In this document: in pieces, positions 63,989 to 64,000 of the stretch
How the letters are laid out: every line of letters begins with the position of its first letter
Position numbering within the stretch: the stretch's first letter is position 1
Source of the DNA: Vicugna vicugna
Lineage: Eukaryota
Direction of reading: 5' to 3'
DNA length: 64,000 bases
Assembly: GCA_013265495.1 (NCBI GenBank)
Contig: MU058289.1
Span: forward strand, 1,981,451-2,045,450
Made by a program: the position numbers and the translations under genes
Notes under the pieces: generated by a model
The model's database searches: none
Seen by the model: the letters and a program-made list of their open reading frames with translations, nothing else
What the model was told of the DNA's origin: nothing

Positions 63989-64000
63989 TATAAAGGATAC

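Overview
Mammalian genomic DNA, most likely camelid (alpaca/camel), judged from five copies of a tRNA-derived Vic-1-type SINE. I found no intact protein-coding exon: the ORF track is L1 remnants, one pseudogene and apparently chance ORFs. A CpG island at ~53.05-55.23 kb holds a minus-strand, apparently non-coding first exon with a perfect CAG|GTAAGT donor at 54159/54158. Bases 1-54158 are therefore probably intronic/5'UTR sequence of a large gene that I cannot name. That stretch contains enhancer-like unique blocks and many layered transposons (MIR, L2, LTR16, MLT1, MER20, MER104, several L1 generations). The most notable items are: (i) a TSD-flanked processed pseudogene of a shortened, highly diverged cTAGE5/MIA2-derived gene inside a MIR (15141-16643); (ii) a TSD-flanked L1 lacking its RT catalytic motif and C-terminus (20784-24117); (iii) a 5'-inverted young L1 nested in older elements (30017-32179). 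Repeat families were assigned from remembered consensus sequences, not a database search, and most boundaries are approximate.
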